Source: a bacterium (lineage in GTDB: Bacteria > Patescibacteriota > Saccharimonadia > Saccharimonadales > DATKHC01). From it: a stretch of 64,000 nucleotides of DNA. The translations under genes were made by a program, and so were the position numbers. The stretch lies in assembly GCA_021781215.1 (NCBI GenBank), contig JAJXXC010000008.1, positions 6,965-70,964 of the forward strand, given 5' to 3'. Positions 39,564-49,434 of this stretch are shown one piece after another. Under the pieces are notes generated by a model that was not told where the DNA came from, did not search any database, and was given only the letters and a program-made list of their open reading frames with translations. Positions within the stretch are counted from its first letter, which is position 1. The number at the start of each line of letters is the position of its first letter.

Positions 39564-40247
39564 TTACGTGTGTTTATACTCCGCTTTAGCGTGATCTCCA
39601 ACAACTTGACCATCTTTCAGTGTTATTACTCTTCGTTTTATCTTATTAACTATCTCTTGGTTATGTGTGGTTAGCAGTACTGTTGTTCCGTACTTGTTAA
39701 TCTTCTCTAAAACCTTGATTATGTCCCATGCATTCTTCGGATCCAAATTTCCGGTCGGCTCGTCCGCAATTAATATTTTAGGCTGTCTAGCAATAGATCT
39801 CGCAATTGCAACTCTTTGCCTCTCACCGCCCGATAGTTGCGCTGGCATAGATTTTTCTTTACCAGTAAGTCCAACTATTTCAAGAACCCTAGGTACGGTC
39901 TTTTTAATCTGAGCATTGGTCTTGCCAACTATTTCAAGTGCAAATGCTACATTTTCATAAACATTTTTATTCGGGAGCAATTTAAAGTCCTGAAAGACGA
40001 CACCTATGCGCCTTCTAAGCATAGGTATATTACGGTCCTTGAGCTTATCATAGTCTATGCCACCTACAACAATTTTTCCTGAAGTTTGTCTTTCTTCCCT
40101 CGTTAGTAATCTAAGTAGTGTGGTCTTGCCTGCACCACTCTTACCTATTATAACCACAAACTCTTTAGCATTAATTTTGAGGCTAATCTTTTTTAACGCA
40201 GGAGATTTGTTGTTATAGTTTTTTGTTACTCTATCTAGAACAATCAT
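39564..40247 (-). CDS. ftsE: Cell division ATPase FtsE
   Basis: GKSGAGKT, GVVFQDFKLL, LSGGE, ADEPTGNLD. Confidence 0.96.
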   Translation of the reverse strand: MIVLDRVTKNYNNKSPALKKISLKINAKEFVVIIGKSGAGKTTLLRLLTREERQTSGKIVVGGIDYDKLKDRNIPMLRRRIGVVFQDFKLLPNKNVYENVAFALEIVGKTNAQIKKTVPRVLEIVGLTGKEKSMPAQLSGGERQRVAIARSIARQPKILIADEPTGNLDPKNAWDIIKVLEKINKYGTTVLLTTHNQEIVNKIKRRVITLKDGQVVGDHAKAEYKHT

Positions 40248-40291
40248 CTAGCCATATTATAGACTATATTTTCAGAAAATACTTATGCTTC

Positions 40292-40975
40292 TCAAAAATA
40301 TTCATTCAAAAATACATATTGATCAATGGCTAATTTATACTCCTCCAATCTATCACGATCAATCGTATCTGCATTATCGCGTGATTTGCCCCTTAAACGT
40401 TCGAACAAAACTATTAGATCGGCGTCATAAAGCTCATTAAGATTATCCTCAGTAATAATACCTAATTCAACCATTCTCCAAAAACCTAAATCATCATAGA
40501 TTTGTCTTCTATGCATCATTAAGTTATCGTTAATCGCTTTCCTTGATTGAATAAATTCATCTGCGTACTTTATAGTTGAATCCTTAGCGTCTACAGCTTT
40601 TTTCTGATCACTCACATTTTCAATTTCTAGCCCAAGATTCACGATATTTTTTAGAGCATTAGCATTTTGTACAAATGTTAACCTGTTCTTAGGACCAAAT
40701 ACTATATTCTGTATCACCCCTACTCTTTCTAAAAAATCCTCAGGATTAGCAATGAGGGAAACTTCTGTAGGTATAAAATATATTGAAGAAAAATCATACA
40801 TTTCCCTTAATAGCCCAAGCCGATCGCTTTCTCTTGCAACATGCCCTAGATTTATTATGAGAGATTGTTCAGCGGCAGGTTTTGCAATTTCTTGAGGCGC
40901 ATATAATTCTTTCACCTCTGGTACAGAGTCAAACAATGAAGGGTGGTCGCCTGGACCCATACGTTTTACTGTCAT
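40292..40975 (-). CDS. Hypothetical protein
   Basis: Long ORF co-oriented with neighbours; no recognised motif; start uncertain. Confidence 0.6.
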   Translation of the reverse strand: MTVKRMGPGDHPSLFDSVPEVKELYAPQEIAKPAAEQSLIINLGHVARESDRLGLLREMYDFSSIYFIPTEVSLIANPEDFLERVGVIQNIVFGPKNRLTFVQNANALKNIVNLGLEIENVSDQKKAVDAKDSTIKYADEFIQSRKAINDNLMMHRRQIYDDLGFWRMVELGIITEDNLNELYDADLIVLFERLRGKSRDNADTIDRDRLEEYKLAIDQYVFLNEYF

Positions 40976-41027
40976 ATTAATTTTATTTATAACATATAAA
41001 CGTAATAAATACAAGTTAATATAGTGC

Positions 41028-42113
41028 TTAGTCCTTGGGTATATTCTCTATATTGTACTCAAGAATTTCGTCTAAATTACCGTCCAGAATCCCATCAATA
41101 TTGCTAGTTTCATATTTTGATCTTAAATCCTTAACCTGCTTATACGGATGCATAACATATGATCTTATTTGATTACCCCATTCAGCAGATAAGTTTGGCC
41201 CCTTTATATCTTGCATATTAGATAAATGCTGTTCTATTTTTAGCTGAGCTAATTTTGATCTTAGGATCGTCATTGCTAGCTCCCGATTCTGTGTTTGAGA
41301 TCTTTCATTCTGGATACTAACTACTATACTGGTTGGTAAATGAGTAATCCTGACGGCTGAATCTGTAGTATTAACACTTTGACCACCCTTACCACCGCTT
41401 CTAAAAACATCTACTCTGAGATCTTTCTCATCAATAACTACTGCATCTGATTGGTCTATCTTTGGTAACACCTCAACTTTTGCAAAACTCGTTTGTCTCA
41501 AATTATCTGCGTTAAATGGGCTTAATCTAACTAAGCGATGCACGCCATTTTCATTTTTCAACATACCATACGCAAACGGTCCATCTAGCTCAAAAGTTAC
41601 ACTTTTTAATCCCGCAGTATCGCCCAAAGACTGGTCTAAAATATTAACGTTAAAATTACGCTTTTCAGCATATCTCACATACATTCTAAGAAGTATTTGT
41701 GCCCAGTCTTGAGCATCGGTTCCGCCAGCCCCTGCATAAATACTTACTATCGTATTCAATTTATCATATTGACCGCTGAATTTAAGTTGTTTTTTAGTTT
41801 CTCTATATTCCTCTTCAGATTTATTCAAAAGATCTTCGATAATTTCACTGGAATCCTCATCCCCAGTATTCATCCAATCCACTAGTTCATTAATACTGTC
41901 CCTTAGCTTTAGCCATGGGCTAAGTTCAAGCTCGTAACTAGAAATCTGTTTCATGGTATCCTGGGCTTTTAAATTATCTTTCCAGAAATCTAGAGTTTTA
42001 GTTTTTGCATTCAAGATTTCCAATTTATCTTCGATCTCACCTAATTTTAATTTCTCAAAAGCGGCAAGAACATCAAGCTTTAATTTATCAACCCTACTAC
42101 TATAGTTTTCCAT
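41028..42113 (-). CDS. prfB: Peptide chain release factor 2 (continuous ORF, no frameshift)
   Basis: SPF recognition motif, GGQ, GAGGTDAQDW. Confidence 0.96.
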   Translation of the reverse strand: MENYSSRVDKLKLDVLAAFEKLKLGEIEDKLEILNAKTKTLDFWKDNLKAQDTMKQISSYELELSPWLKLRDSINELVDWMNTGDEDSSEIIEDLLNKSEEEYRETKKQLKFSGQYDKLNTIVSIYAGAGGTDAQDWAQILLRMYVRYAEKRNFNVNILDQSLGDTAGLKSVTFELDGPFAYGMLKNENGVHRLVRLSPFNADNLRQTSFAKVEVLPKIDQSDAVVIDEKDLRVDVFRSGGKGGQSVNTTDSAVRITHLPTSIVVSIQNERSQTQNRELAMTILRSKLAQLKIEQHLSNMQDIKGPNLSAEWGNQIRSYVMHPYKQVKDLRSKYETSNIDGILDGNLDEILEYNIENIPKD

Positions 42114-43404
42114 AATCTTGTTCCCATAAAACCGCTAATTTATTGTAAATCTTAGCCATTAATTCGTCATTCGAATTACCTAAACCACCTACGCCCCACA
42201 CGTCTTGAGAAAATAAATCTCTAGTAATATCAATAATCTGTTGTTTGCTAACTAATTCAATTCTTTGTGGGTATTTGTAATAGTCGTATACCCTCCCCTC
42301 AGAAAAAAAATTACTACTATAGCTTCCGACCATATAACCAACAGTCTGTCCAGCTCTTTGGAATCTACCTAACGCATACTGTTTGGCTGACTTAATGTCT
42401 TTGTCAGCAATTTTACCCATAAAGATTTTTTTAATTTCCCGGACTACTATATCGAGCAATTCTAGAATATTATCTGGAGAAATCTGCACACTTAACCACC
42501 AATTTGCATTACCATTAAACTTAGAGAAGCTTGAATCTACGTGATACGCTATCCCTTTCTCTCTAGCAGTCCCTAAAATTTTAGAATAATACGTTTCGGT
42601 CAGAATAATATCCAACAACTCTGCGGCATGAGCTTCAGAAATTTTAATTTTGCGTTTCAAAAATGTATCTATGTAAAAATATAAATTTTTTACAGTTTCG
42701 TTTTCTATTCTAACCGGACTATCAATTTTAACAGGTTTTTCTTTAGGAAGCGCGAGCCTACCAGGACCTTCTGGCATACTCATTTGAGATAGAATATCTA
42801 CGATTTTTTGCCGACGTTCAATTGGTAACTTACCCCCGATAACAAACCTCATATTTGAAGCAAAATGAGTTTTTTTATAGTGATTTCTAATATCCTTCAG
42901 CTTCACATTTTCCATTAATTCTAGCCTCTCCTGATCAACAACAGCCATAAACCCAAATGCTTCCCTCATTGCTAAACTAAGATGTCTAAAATGATTATTT
43001 GAACGGTAAACTAACTCTTCTTTAACATTTCCAAACTCTGAGTTGAACTCGTGTCTTAAAAATAACGGCTTATCGATTGCTAAAAATAATAAATCAGCTA
43101 TTCTCTCCCATTCAAAATCAGCACACTCAGCTTCATAATTGACATCGTATATGCTGGTGCTGGCATTACAATATGCACCATTCTTTTCAAACTCAGCCTG
43201 AAACGCTTTAGTCTTCTTAATCTTCTGGTTCGCACCAAGCAACATATGTTCCATTAAGTGTGGCGTTTCTAATTTTTTCCTTTCTACCAGATATTCGCCA
43301 GCCCTAAAATTAACTTCAAAATTCATAACACTGGCGTCTGGGATATCAACAAAAAGACCCTTAGCCCCATTTGCTAATGTAACTTTATGGACTTTATGAA
43401 TCAT
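42100..43404 (-). CDS. M16 (pitrilysin/insulinase) family metallopeptidase
   Basis: HLMEH (HxxEH), NAST, RE.G..Y. Confidence 0.9.
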   Translation of the reverse strand: MIHKVHKVTLANGAKGLFVDIPDASVMNFEVNFRAGEYLVERKKLETPHLMEHMLLGANQKIKKTKAFQAEFEKNGAYCNASTSIYDVNYEAECADFEWERIADLLFLAIDKPLFLRHEFNSEFGNVKEELVYRSNNHFRHLSLAMREAFGFMAVVDQERLELMENVKLKDIRNHYKKTHFASNMRFVIGGKLPIERRQKIVDILSQMSMPEGPGRLALPKEKPVKIDSPVRIENETVKNLYFYIDTFLKRKIKISEAHAAELLDIILTETYYSKILGTAREKGIAYHVDSSFSKFNGNANWWLSVQISPDNILELLDIVVREIKKIFMGKIADKDIKSAKQYALGRFQRAGQTVGYMVGSYSSNFFSEGRVYDYYKYPQRIELVSKQQIIDITRDLFSQDVWGVGGLGNSNDELMAKIYNKLAVLWEQDYGKL

Positions 43405-43407
43405 GAT

Positions 43408-46020
43408 TTATTTTTTCTTTTTACCCTTAGCTCTTCTTTGTCGTTCAGCCTTGCGTTGTTTCTTGATATTATCTTTGGTATTTTTCTTAGTTTTTTGTTC
43501 ATGTTGCTTAGTTACGAAATCAGTTTCCTTAAATTCTTCAACGTCAATTATCCGATTAGCGTTATCTACTGACTGCCTAGCTGCTCTAGTTAAATCCGAC
43601 TCAAAGGGTTCATTTAAAATATTTGAATCGTCAACGGGATGTGCTGAAAAAATTCCGCTAATTATATCTCTCCTCAAAGTTAATTGAAAGGCATCAAACA
43701 ATATTTGTCCTTGTTTTCGATACTCTACCAGAGGGTCTCTTTGGCCGACACTCATCCAATGAATTCCTTCCCGTAAATGGTCCATATTTTCAAGGTGTTG
43801 CATCCAAAGATTATCTAAAATTTGAAGATATACTTCTCTTTCAACTTTACGCATTATTTCGGGGGTGAAGGCTTTCTCTTTATCTCTATATACTGAATCA
43901 ACTATTTTGTGTAAATTTTTTTCAAAATCCACGGCCGGAGAATCAAATAGATCGTCTAGAACTCTCGGCTCAATTGGGAATACCTCACTAACCACCGACT
44001 CGTAATCACTCGTTAATAAATCTGGCGATTGTGCGATTCTTTCTATTTCTTGATTAAAATAGGTTTTAATACGCTGGCTTATATCTGGCTGCATCAATAT
44101 TTCCCTACGCATTGAATAAATTGCCTTACGGTGTCGATTCATTACATCATCATATTGGACAACGTCTTTACGCATATCAAAGTTATAGCCTTCAACTTTT
44201 TTCTGTGCAGCTTCAAGTGATTTTGAAATCATTCTATTTTCAATCGGGGTACTGTCATCTACTCCCAACCTATTCATAAGACTTGATATTCGCTCACCAC
44301 CAAAAATTCGCATTAAGTCGTCTTCAGTACTCACAAAAAATTGAGTAACACCAGGATCACCCTGACGACCAGATCTACCCCGCAGTTGATTGTCGATTCT
44401 TCTTGATTCGTGTCTTTCGCTGCCTAGAACAAAGAGTCCCTCCAATTCTTTGACTCCTTCTCCCAGTACAATATCTGTTCCCCTACCGGCTATATTAGTC
44501 GCCAAAGTTACTGCACCTTTCTCTCCAGCCTTAGATACGATATTCGCTTCCTTCTCATTATTCTTTGCATTTAGTGTTTGGTGAGGTATTCCGGCTTTAG
44601 TCAATAGTGAGCTTAACACTTCATTTTTTTCAATCGAAGCAGTACCAATTAAAACTGGTTGACCTTTTTGATGTAAAACTGCGACTTCTCGAATAAGAGC
44701 CTTAAACTTACCCATCTCAGTCTTATAGATTCTATCTGGTCTATCCTTTCTATTAGCGGGACGATTTGAAGGAATTTCAACTACATCCAATTTATATATT
44801 TGATGAAACTCCTCGCTCTCAGTTGAGGCAGTACCAGTCATTCCAGATAATTTATTGTATAACCTAAAATAATTTTGGAATGAAATTGTCGCTAAAGTCA
44901 TCGACTCTTCCTTAACTTCTACTCCTTCTTTAGCTTCGATGGCCTGGTGGAGCCCTTCGTTATATCTTCGCCCTTTCAATAGCCGACCAGTAAATTCATC
45001 GACAATGACAATCTCATTATCGACAGTAACAACATAGTCCTTATCTCTCTTAAAAATAGCATGCGCTTTTACGGCTTGATCCAGGTGATATATAGTTCGA
45101 ATATTCTCAGTACCATAAAGATTAGTGATTCCTAGTATTTTTTCAACTTTCTCTACGCCCTGATCTGTTAAAATAACAGTTTTTCTTTTTTCATCAACTT
45201 CAAAATCAATGTCTCTATTTAACTGACTAGCAACTTTTGCAAATTGATTATAGGCACTACCTGTAGTTACCGAAGGGGCTGATATAATAAGAGGTGTTCT
45301 AGCTTCATCTATTAAAATTGAGTCTACCTCATCAACTATTGCGAAATTTAATTCACGTTGTCGTAATTGATCAATTTCACGGACCATATTGTCCCTTAGG
45401 TAGTCAAAACCAAATTCATTATTAGTCCCGTATGTTATGTCTGCTCCATAGGCCTCTTGTCTAGTTGCTGGTCTAAGATGTCTGAACCTAACGTCCGTAT
45501 GCTGTTCATTCACAAACTCAGAGTCAAAAATAAAAGACGAATCCGCAATTATTATCCCTACAGTCATTCCTAGAAAACTATATACTTGAGCCATCCAGCC
45601 CGCATCACGTTGTGCCAGGTAGTCATTTACAGTAACAACATGCACTCCTTTTCCAGATAGCGCGTTCAAATATACAGGCAATGTGGCCACTAAGGTCTTA
45701 CCCTCACCCGTCTTCATTTCTGCGACTTTGCCTTCGTGCAAAACTATCCCACCCATTAGCTGAACGTCAAAATGACGTTGACCAAGGGACCGTGTTGAAG
45801 CCTCTCTAACCAAAGCAAATGCATCAGGTAGTATTTTATCTAAGGATTCTTTTTTTAATCTATTTTTTAGCTCTTCAGTTTGGCTCTTTAGCTTAGCGTC
45901 AGACATCTTTTGGTACTTATCCGCCAATGCGTTAATATGAACGACTTTTGCCCTTAGCCTTTTGATTGTTTTGGCTTGAGGATCACCCAAGACTCTATTT
46001 AAAAATCTATTCTTCACCAA
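43408..46020 (-). CDS. secA: Preprotein translocase ATPase SecA
   Basis: MKTGEGKT, DEVDSILIDEARTPL, AGRGTDI, RSGRQGDPG; TTG start with AGGAGG SD. Confidence 0.98.
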   Translation of the reverse strand: MVKNRFLNRVLGDPQAKTIKRLRAKVVHINALADKYQKMSDAKLKSQTEELKNRLKKESLDKILPDAFALVREASTRSLGQRHFDVQLMGGIVLHEGKVAEMKTGEGKTLVATLPVYLNALSGKGVHVVTVNDYLAQRDAGWMAQVYSFLGMTVGIIIADSSFIFDSEFVNEQHTDVRFRHLRPATRQEAYGADITYGTNNEFGFDYLRDNMVREIDQLRQRELNFAIVDEVDSILIDEARTPLIISAPSVTTGSAYNQFAKVASQLNRDIDFEVDEKRKTVILTDQGVEKVEKILGITNLYGTENIRTIYHLDQAVKAHAIFKRDKDYVVTVDNEIVIVDEFTGRLLKGRRYNEGLHQAIEAKEGVEVKEESMTLATISFQNYFRLYNKLSGMTGTASTESEEFHQIYKLDVVEIPSNRPANRKDRPDRIYKTEMGKFKALIREVAVLHQKGQPVLIGTASIEKNEVLSSLLTKAGIPHQTLNAKNNEKEANIVSKAGEKGAVTLATNIAGRGTDIVLGEGVKELEGLFVLGSERHESRRIDNQLRGRSGRQGDPGVTQFFVSTEDDLMRIFGGERISSLMNRLGVDDSTPIENRMISKSLEAAQKKVEGYNFDMRKDVVQYDDVMNRHRKAIYSMRREILMQPDISQRIKTYFNQEIERIAQSPDLLTSDYESVVSEVFPIEPRVLDDLFDSPAVDFEKNLHKIVDSVYRDKEKAFTPEIMRKVEREVYLQILDNLWMQHLENMDHLREGIHWMSVGQRDPLVEYRKQGQILFDAFQLTLRRDIISGIFSAHPVDDSNILNEPFESDLTRAARQSVDNANRIIDVEEFKETDFVTKQHEQKTKKNTKDNIKKQRKAERQRRAKGKKKK

Positions 46021-46094
46021 TTCCTCCTAGGATACAAAAAACATCATAAAAACAATGATAACTTAGACAATTATACCTTGAAAACTAAATTTTT

Positions 46095-46451
46095 TTAAGG
46101 TTTTCTTTTAAAAGCCCTTATAAGTCTCATTGTTTTAGATTTATTTGAATTTTTTTGTTTATACCTACGCAATTGATTTTTTAATTTTGCCTCTACAATA
46201 TCGACGGCTGCGTAAATATTAATTGTTGTCTCTTCTATGGCAAACATATCATTAGGCAGATGCATCACCGCCTCACAAGTACATTGTTTTTTGCCTCTTG
46301 TATCAAATTCTTTTAAGAAAACTTCTACATGCGCACTAGATCTAGCATGTTTAGGGATATATTTCTCTAGTTTTGTAATCTTCTTGGTTACATATTTCAA
46401 TATATCATCGCCGACCACATAGTGCACTCCGTTAACTTGGATTTTTAACAT
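46095..46451 (-). CDS. hpf: Ribosome hibernation factor (short HPF/RaiA)
   Basis: YV.KKI.KL.KY, YAAVD.V..KL..QLRRYK; upstream of secA. Confidence 0.9.
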   Translation of the reverse strand: MLKIQVNGVHYVVGDDILKYVTKKITKLEKYIPKHARSSAHVEVFLKEFDTRGKKQCTCEAVMHLPNDMFAIEETTINIYAAVDIVEAKLKNQLRRYKQKNSNKSKTMRLIRAFKRKP

Positions 46452-46452
46452 T

Positions 46453-47751
46453 TCAAATCTGCTCCTTATTATTCATCAATGGTCTTAAAATATTAGGTAC
46501 AATAATATGCCCATCTTCTGTTTGATAATTTTCAATTATCGCAGCTAGTGTTCTAGACATAGCTAAAGCCGTAGCATCATTAGTATGGGCAAGATCAATG
46601 CTGCCATCACTGCTCCTTTTAACTCTAGTTTTTAATGACCTAGTTTGATAGTCGGTCATGTAATCTGCGGAATGGGTTTCTTTATAGCAATCCTGTCCAG
46701 GCATCCATGTTTCTATATCAACACCTCTAGCATTAGGATCTCCAATGTCGGCCGTACATTTTAATATAACTCTATACGGTAGTTCTAGAAGTTTAGTTAA
46801 TTCTTCTTGAATGGCTATTGCTAGAAAATGTTCGTCACGAGAAGTTTCTGGCGTACTAAATATTTCCATTTCTAGTTTATCGAAGTGATGCATTCTTATT
46901 AACCCATTCGTGTCTTTTCCATAGGTTCCTGCTTCTCTTCTGAAAGCAGTACTATAACCTATATATCTTATGGGTAAATCTTTATCAGCTATAATCTCGT
47001 CAGCATACATTGAACACAGACTATGCTCTGCGCTAGCAATTAGCCATAAATCATCGTCGGCTAACTTATAGGTAGTATCTTCCGCCTTCAGCCTACCGGT
47101 TGCCTCATACGGCTCCGTCTTCATCATCATTGGTGGCAAAATTGGAATAAACGGCTTAGAGACTAGATCTAAATTATTATCTTTGATTATTTTTTCAATA
47201 AAAGATTCATCTCCCAATAATTTAAATACTAGGTTGATCAATGCAAATTGCATCTCTACAAGACCGCCCTTCAAATAAGTAAATCGGCTACCAGAAATTT
47301 TTGCAGCTCGTTGCCTATCCATTAAGCCCAATGTTTCTGCTACCTCCCAATGAGTTTTTGGCTTAAAATTAAAGTCTTTTTTGTCACCAAAATATTTGAT
47401 TACTTTATTATCATCTTCGCTACTACCGACCGGAACGTCATCCGACGGCATATTGGGGATAGATTTTAGAGTGTCTTTGAACGACTTGTCTACTGGACCA
47501 AATTCTAATTCTAAATCAGCAATCTGTTTCTTTAACTTTACGCCCAAATCTATTTCTTCAAGGGTTGGCTTGCTTTTAATCTTAGATGTTAATTTATTTC
47601 TCTGTCCACGTAAGTCTTCTAGCTCTTGAATTAAAGATTTATGCTTTTTATCAATTTTTAAGAAATCGTTAATATTAATATTCTTATTTTTCTGGTTTGA
47701 TTTTTGCTGAACCAAATCAGGATTAGCCCTAATAAACTGTATATCTAACAT
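46453..47751 (-). CDS. serS: Serine--tRNA ligase
   Basis: MLDIQFIR, FRREAGTYGKD, R.H.F.K.E, HT.DAT, ENYQ. Confidence 0.97.
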   Translation of the reverse strand: MLDIQFIRANPDLVQQKSNQKNKNININDFLKIDKKHKSLIQELEDLRGQRNKLTSKIKSKPTLEEIDLGVKLKKQIADLELEFGPVDKSFKDTLKSIPNMPSDDVPVGSSEDDNKVIKYFGDKKDFNFKPKTHWEVAETLGLMDRQRAAKISGSRFTYLKGGLVEMQFALINLVFKLLGDESFIEKIIKDNNLDLVSKPFIPILPPMMMKTEPYEATGRLKAEDTTYKLADDDLWLIASAEHSLCSMYADEIIADKDLPIRYIGYSTAFRREAGTYGKDTNGLIRMHHFDKLEMEIFSTPETSRDEHFLAIAIQEELTKLLELPYRVILKCTADIGDPNARGVDIETWMPGQDCYKETHSADYMTDYQTRSLKTRVKRSSDGSIDLAHTNDATALAMSRTLAAIIENYQTEDGHIIVPNILRPLMNNKEQI

Positions 47752-47767
47752 AATCTATATTATAGCC

Positions 47768-48556
47768 TCATTTACTATTATTTTTTAGGTGTTTTAATGT
47801 GATAGCGGTTCGTTCTTTAGAATAACTACAATAATCGCAATCGCCCCCCATCGCCGCCATGCCAACTTCTGGCATATCTGCCTCTAAACATTTCTTTATA
47901 TTCAATATCGTACCTTCTACCCAATTGGTATTGCCATCGTACGCAATAACTTTAGTCTTAAATTCCAATTTATCAAAAAACCCATCAGCGTCAATTCGAG
48001 CATTTGTATAAACAAAATACCCACGGCTGCTTACTTTGAAACCATTTTGTTTGAGCAGCCATTGATACACTTCCATCTGCCGTTTATAACTAATCTGCCA
48101 ATCAGCATCTAGAGATACTTCGCTATTCTTGGACGTAGCTTTATAGTCAACGACGATTAGCTGATCGTCCTTATCTATCCATACATCATCTACTGCGCCA
48201 TAAATATGCAAGTTTGTTGTTTTATGTAAGGTGCTAACGCCGGTAAAGTTATGCCTCCACTTATTAAGGTCCTCGTGAGAAAATGGTATTGCATCGATGC
48301 CATTTTCTACCATAATTGGATGCGCTTCTTTTTTTATTCTATAACCATCGAATTCCTTTTTAAAAAGTTCATCTATAGCTTTATTAATCTGAAAAGGTGG
48401 ACCATTAGGCCTTTTGATTTTCAGCCTAGCATCCAACCAAAAACATCTAGGGCATTGAGTGTATAACTCTATTTTAGATCTAGATATCTTAAAAGATGTT
48501 TTTTGTCCAGGTTTATATGGCAGACTCTTTTCATATTTATAACTATAACTGGCCAT
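47768..48556 (-). CDS. PD-(D/E)XK nuclease family protein (RecB/Cas4-like, Cys-containing)
   Basis: CPRCF, G.VDD..VDYKA, Q.EVY, CDYC. Confidence 0.85.
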   Translation of the reverse strand: MASYSYKYEKSLPYKPGQKTSFKISRSKIELYTQCPRCFWLDARLKIKRPNGPPFQINKAIDELFKKEFDGYRIKKEAHPIMVENGIDAIPFSHEDLNKWRHNFTGVSTLHKTTNLHIYGAVDDVWIDKDDQLIVVDYKATSKNSEVSLDADWQISYKRQMEVYQWLLKQNGFKVSSRGYFVYTNARIDADGFFDKLEFKTKVIAYDGNTNWVEGTILNIKKCLEADMPEVGMAAMGGDCDYCSYSKERTAITLKHLKNNSK

Positions 48557-48587
48557 AGGTTACTCCATATATTATTAATTAAAAAAC

Positions 48588-49331
48588 TTAATGAATTCCG
48601 ACTAAGAGCACTATAAAAAAGCCAACTTTCAATAACAAGTCTGTGTAATAATTTATAAATTCCTTGTTTTTACGTTTTTTGGCATGCCTTGAGCTACTCA
48701 TAACTAATAATCCAAGATAAATTAAGCCTATTAGATCAAGCACATATACATACCAAGTTGATCTTACGCCACCATATACAAGGGTACCTATTGAATAGAT
48801 TATTACCGACAACCAACTAGTTAGGATTAATAAAATACCAAAAAATCTAATGCTTCCCAGTTTATCTATTTTCTCTTTGTAGTCAGACATTATAAGCCTA
48901 GCTCCTATGAAAGAGCTAAATAAGACGAATATTGTAGTTGAAATATCTTGCAATCCAGCAGCTAGACAAATAAATACTATCAGAATTGAATAACTTAAAC
49001 TACTCAAGTTAAGGTCTAGTTTATCGCTACTTTTTTGGTATATATTTTTAGTCTTTATATATTCCTTATATACTTTATATCCAAATTTAATTACCAATAT
49101 CAACAATACAATTATCGCTAAATATCTATATTCAACACTGAATAGATTTCTACTTGCTGAGGTAAAAAGAGTAGAGTTTGGATTGGTAAAATTATTGTTA
49201 GTCCAAAAACTAGTATTTAATTGAAAATATTTATTACCACTAAAAATAAAAAATAAAATTAGTATTACCGAGAAAGATACTAGACTAACCGTATCTTTAA
49301 GTTGTTTCGTTTGAGCTATTTTTTTTAACAT
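48588..49331 (-). CDS. Multi-pass membrane protein, divergent heliorhodopsin-like
   Basis: Long loop after TM1, SLSYSIL...GLQD, W, YVY and terminal-helix Lys235 align by eye with the heliorhodopsin pattern. Confidence 0.55.
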   Translation of the reverse strand: MLKKIAQTKQLKDTVSLVSFSVILILFFIFSGNKYFQLNTSFWTNNNFTNPNSTLFTSASRNLFSVEYRYLAIIVLLILVIKFGYKVYKEYIKTKNIYQKSSDKLDLNLSSLSYSILIVFICLAAGLQDISTTIFVLFSSFIGARLIMSDYKEKIDKLGSIRFFGILLILTSWLSVIIYSIGTLVYGGVRSTWYVYVLDLIGLIYLGLLVMSSSRHAKKRKNKEFINYYTDLLLKVGFFIVLLVGIH

Positions 49332-49434
49332 ATATATCTTAATAATAGCACGGTTAACAATTTGGTTTTCTAGGTTGTTGCCAGCCCTATCAATGAAATC
49401 AGTTATTGATTGCTAGTTTTAAAATATATCAAAA

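Noticed and set aside
224..41014. Extended ORF-track starts (224, 6693, 6716, 21791, 24187, 24910, 31956, 38583, 39613, 41014)
   Set aside because: They overlap neighbouring genes or promoters; downstream ATGs fit family N-termini and coupling better
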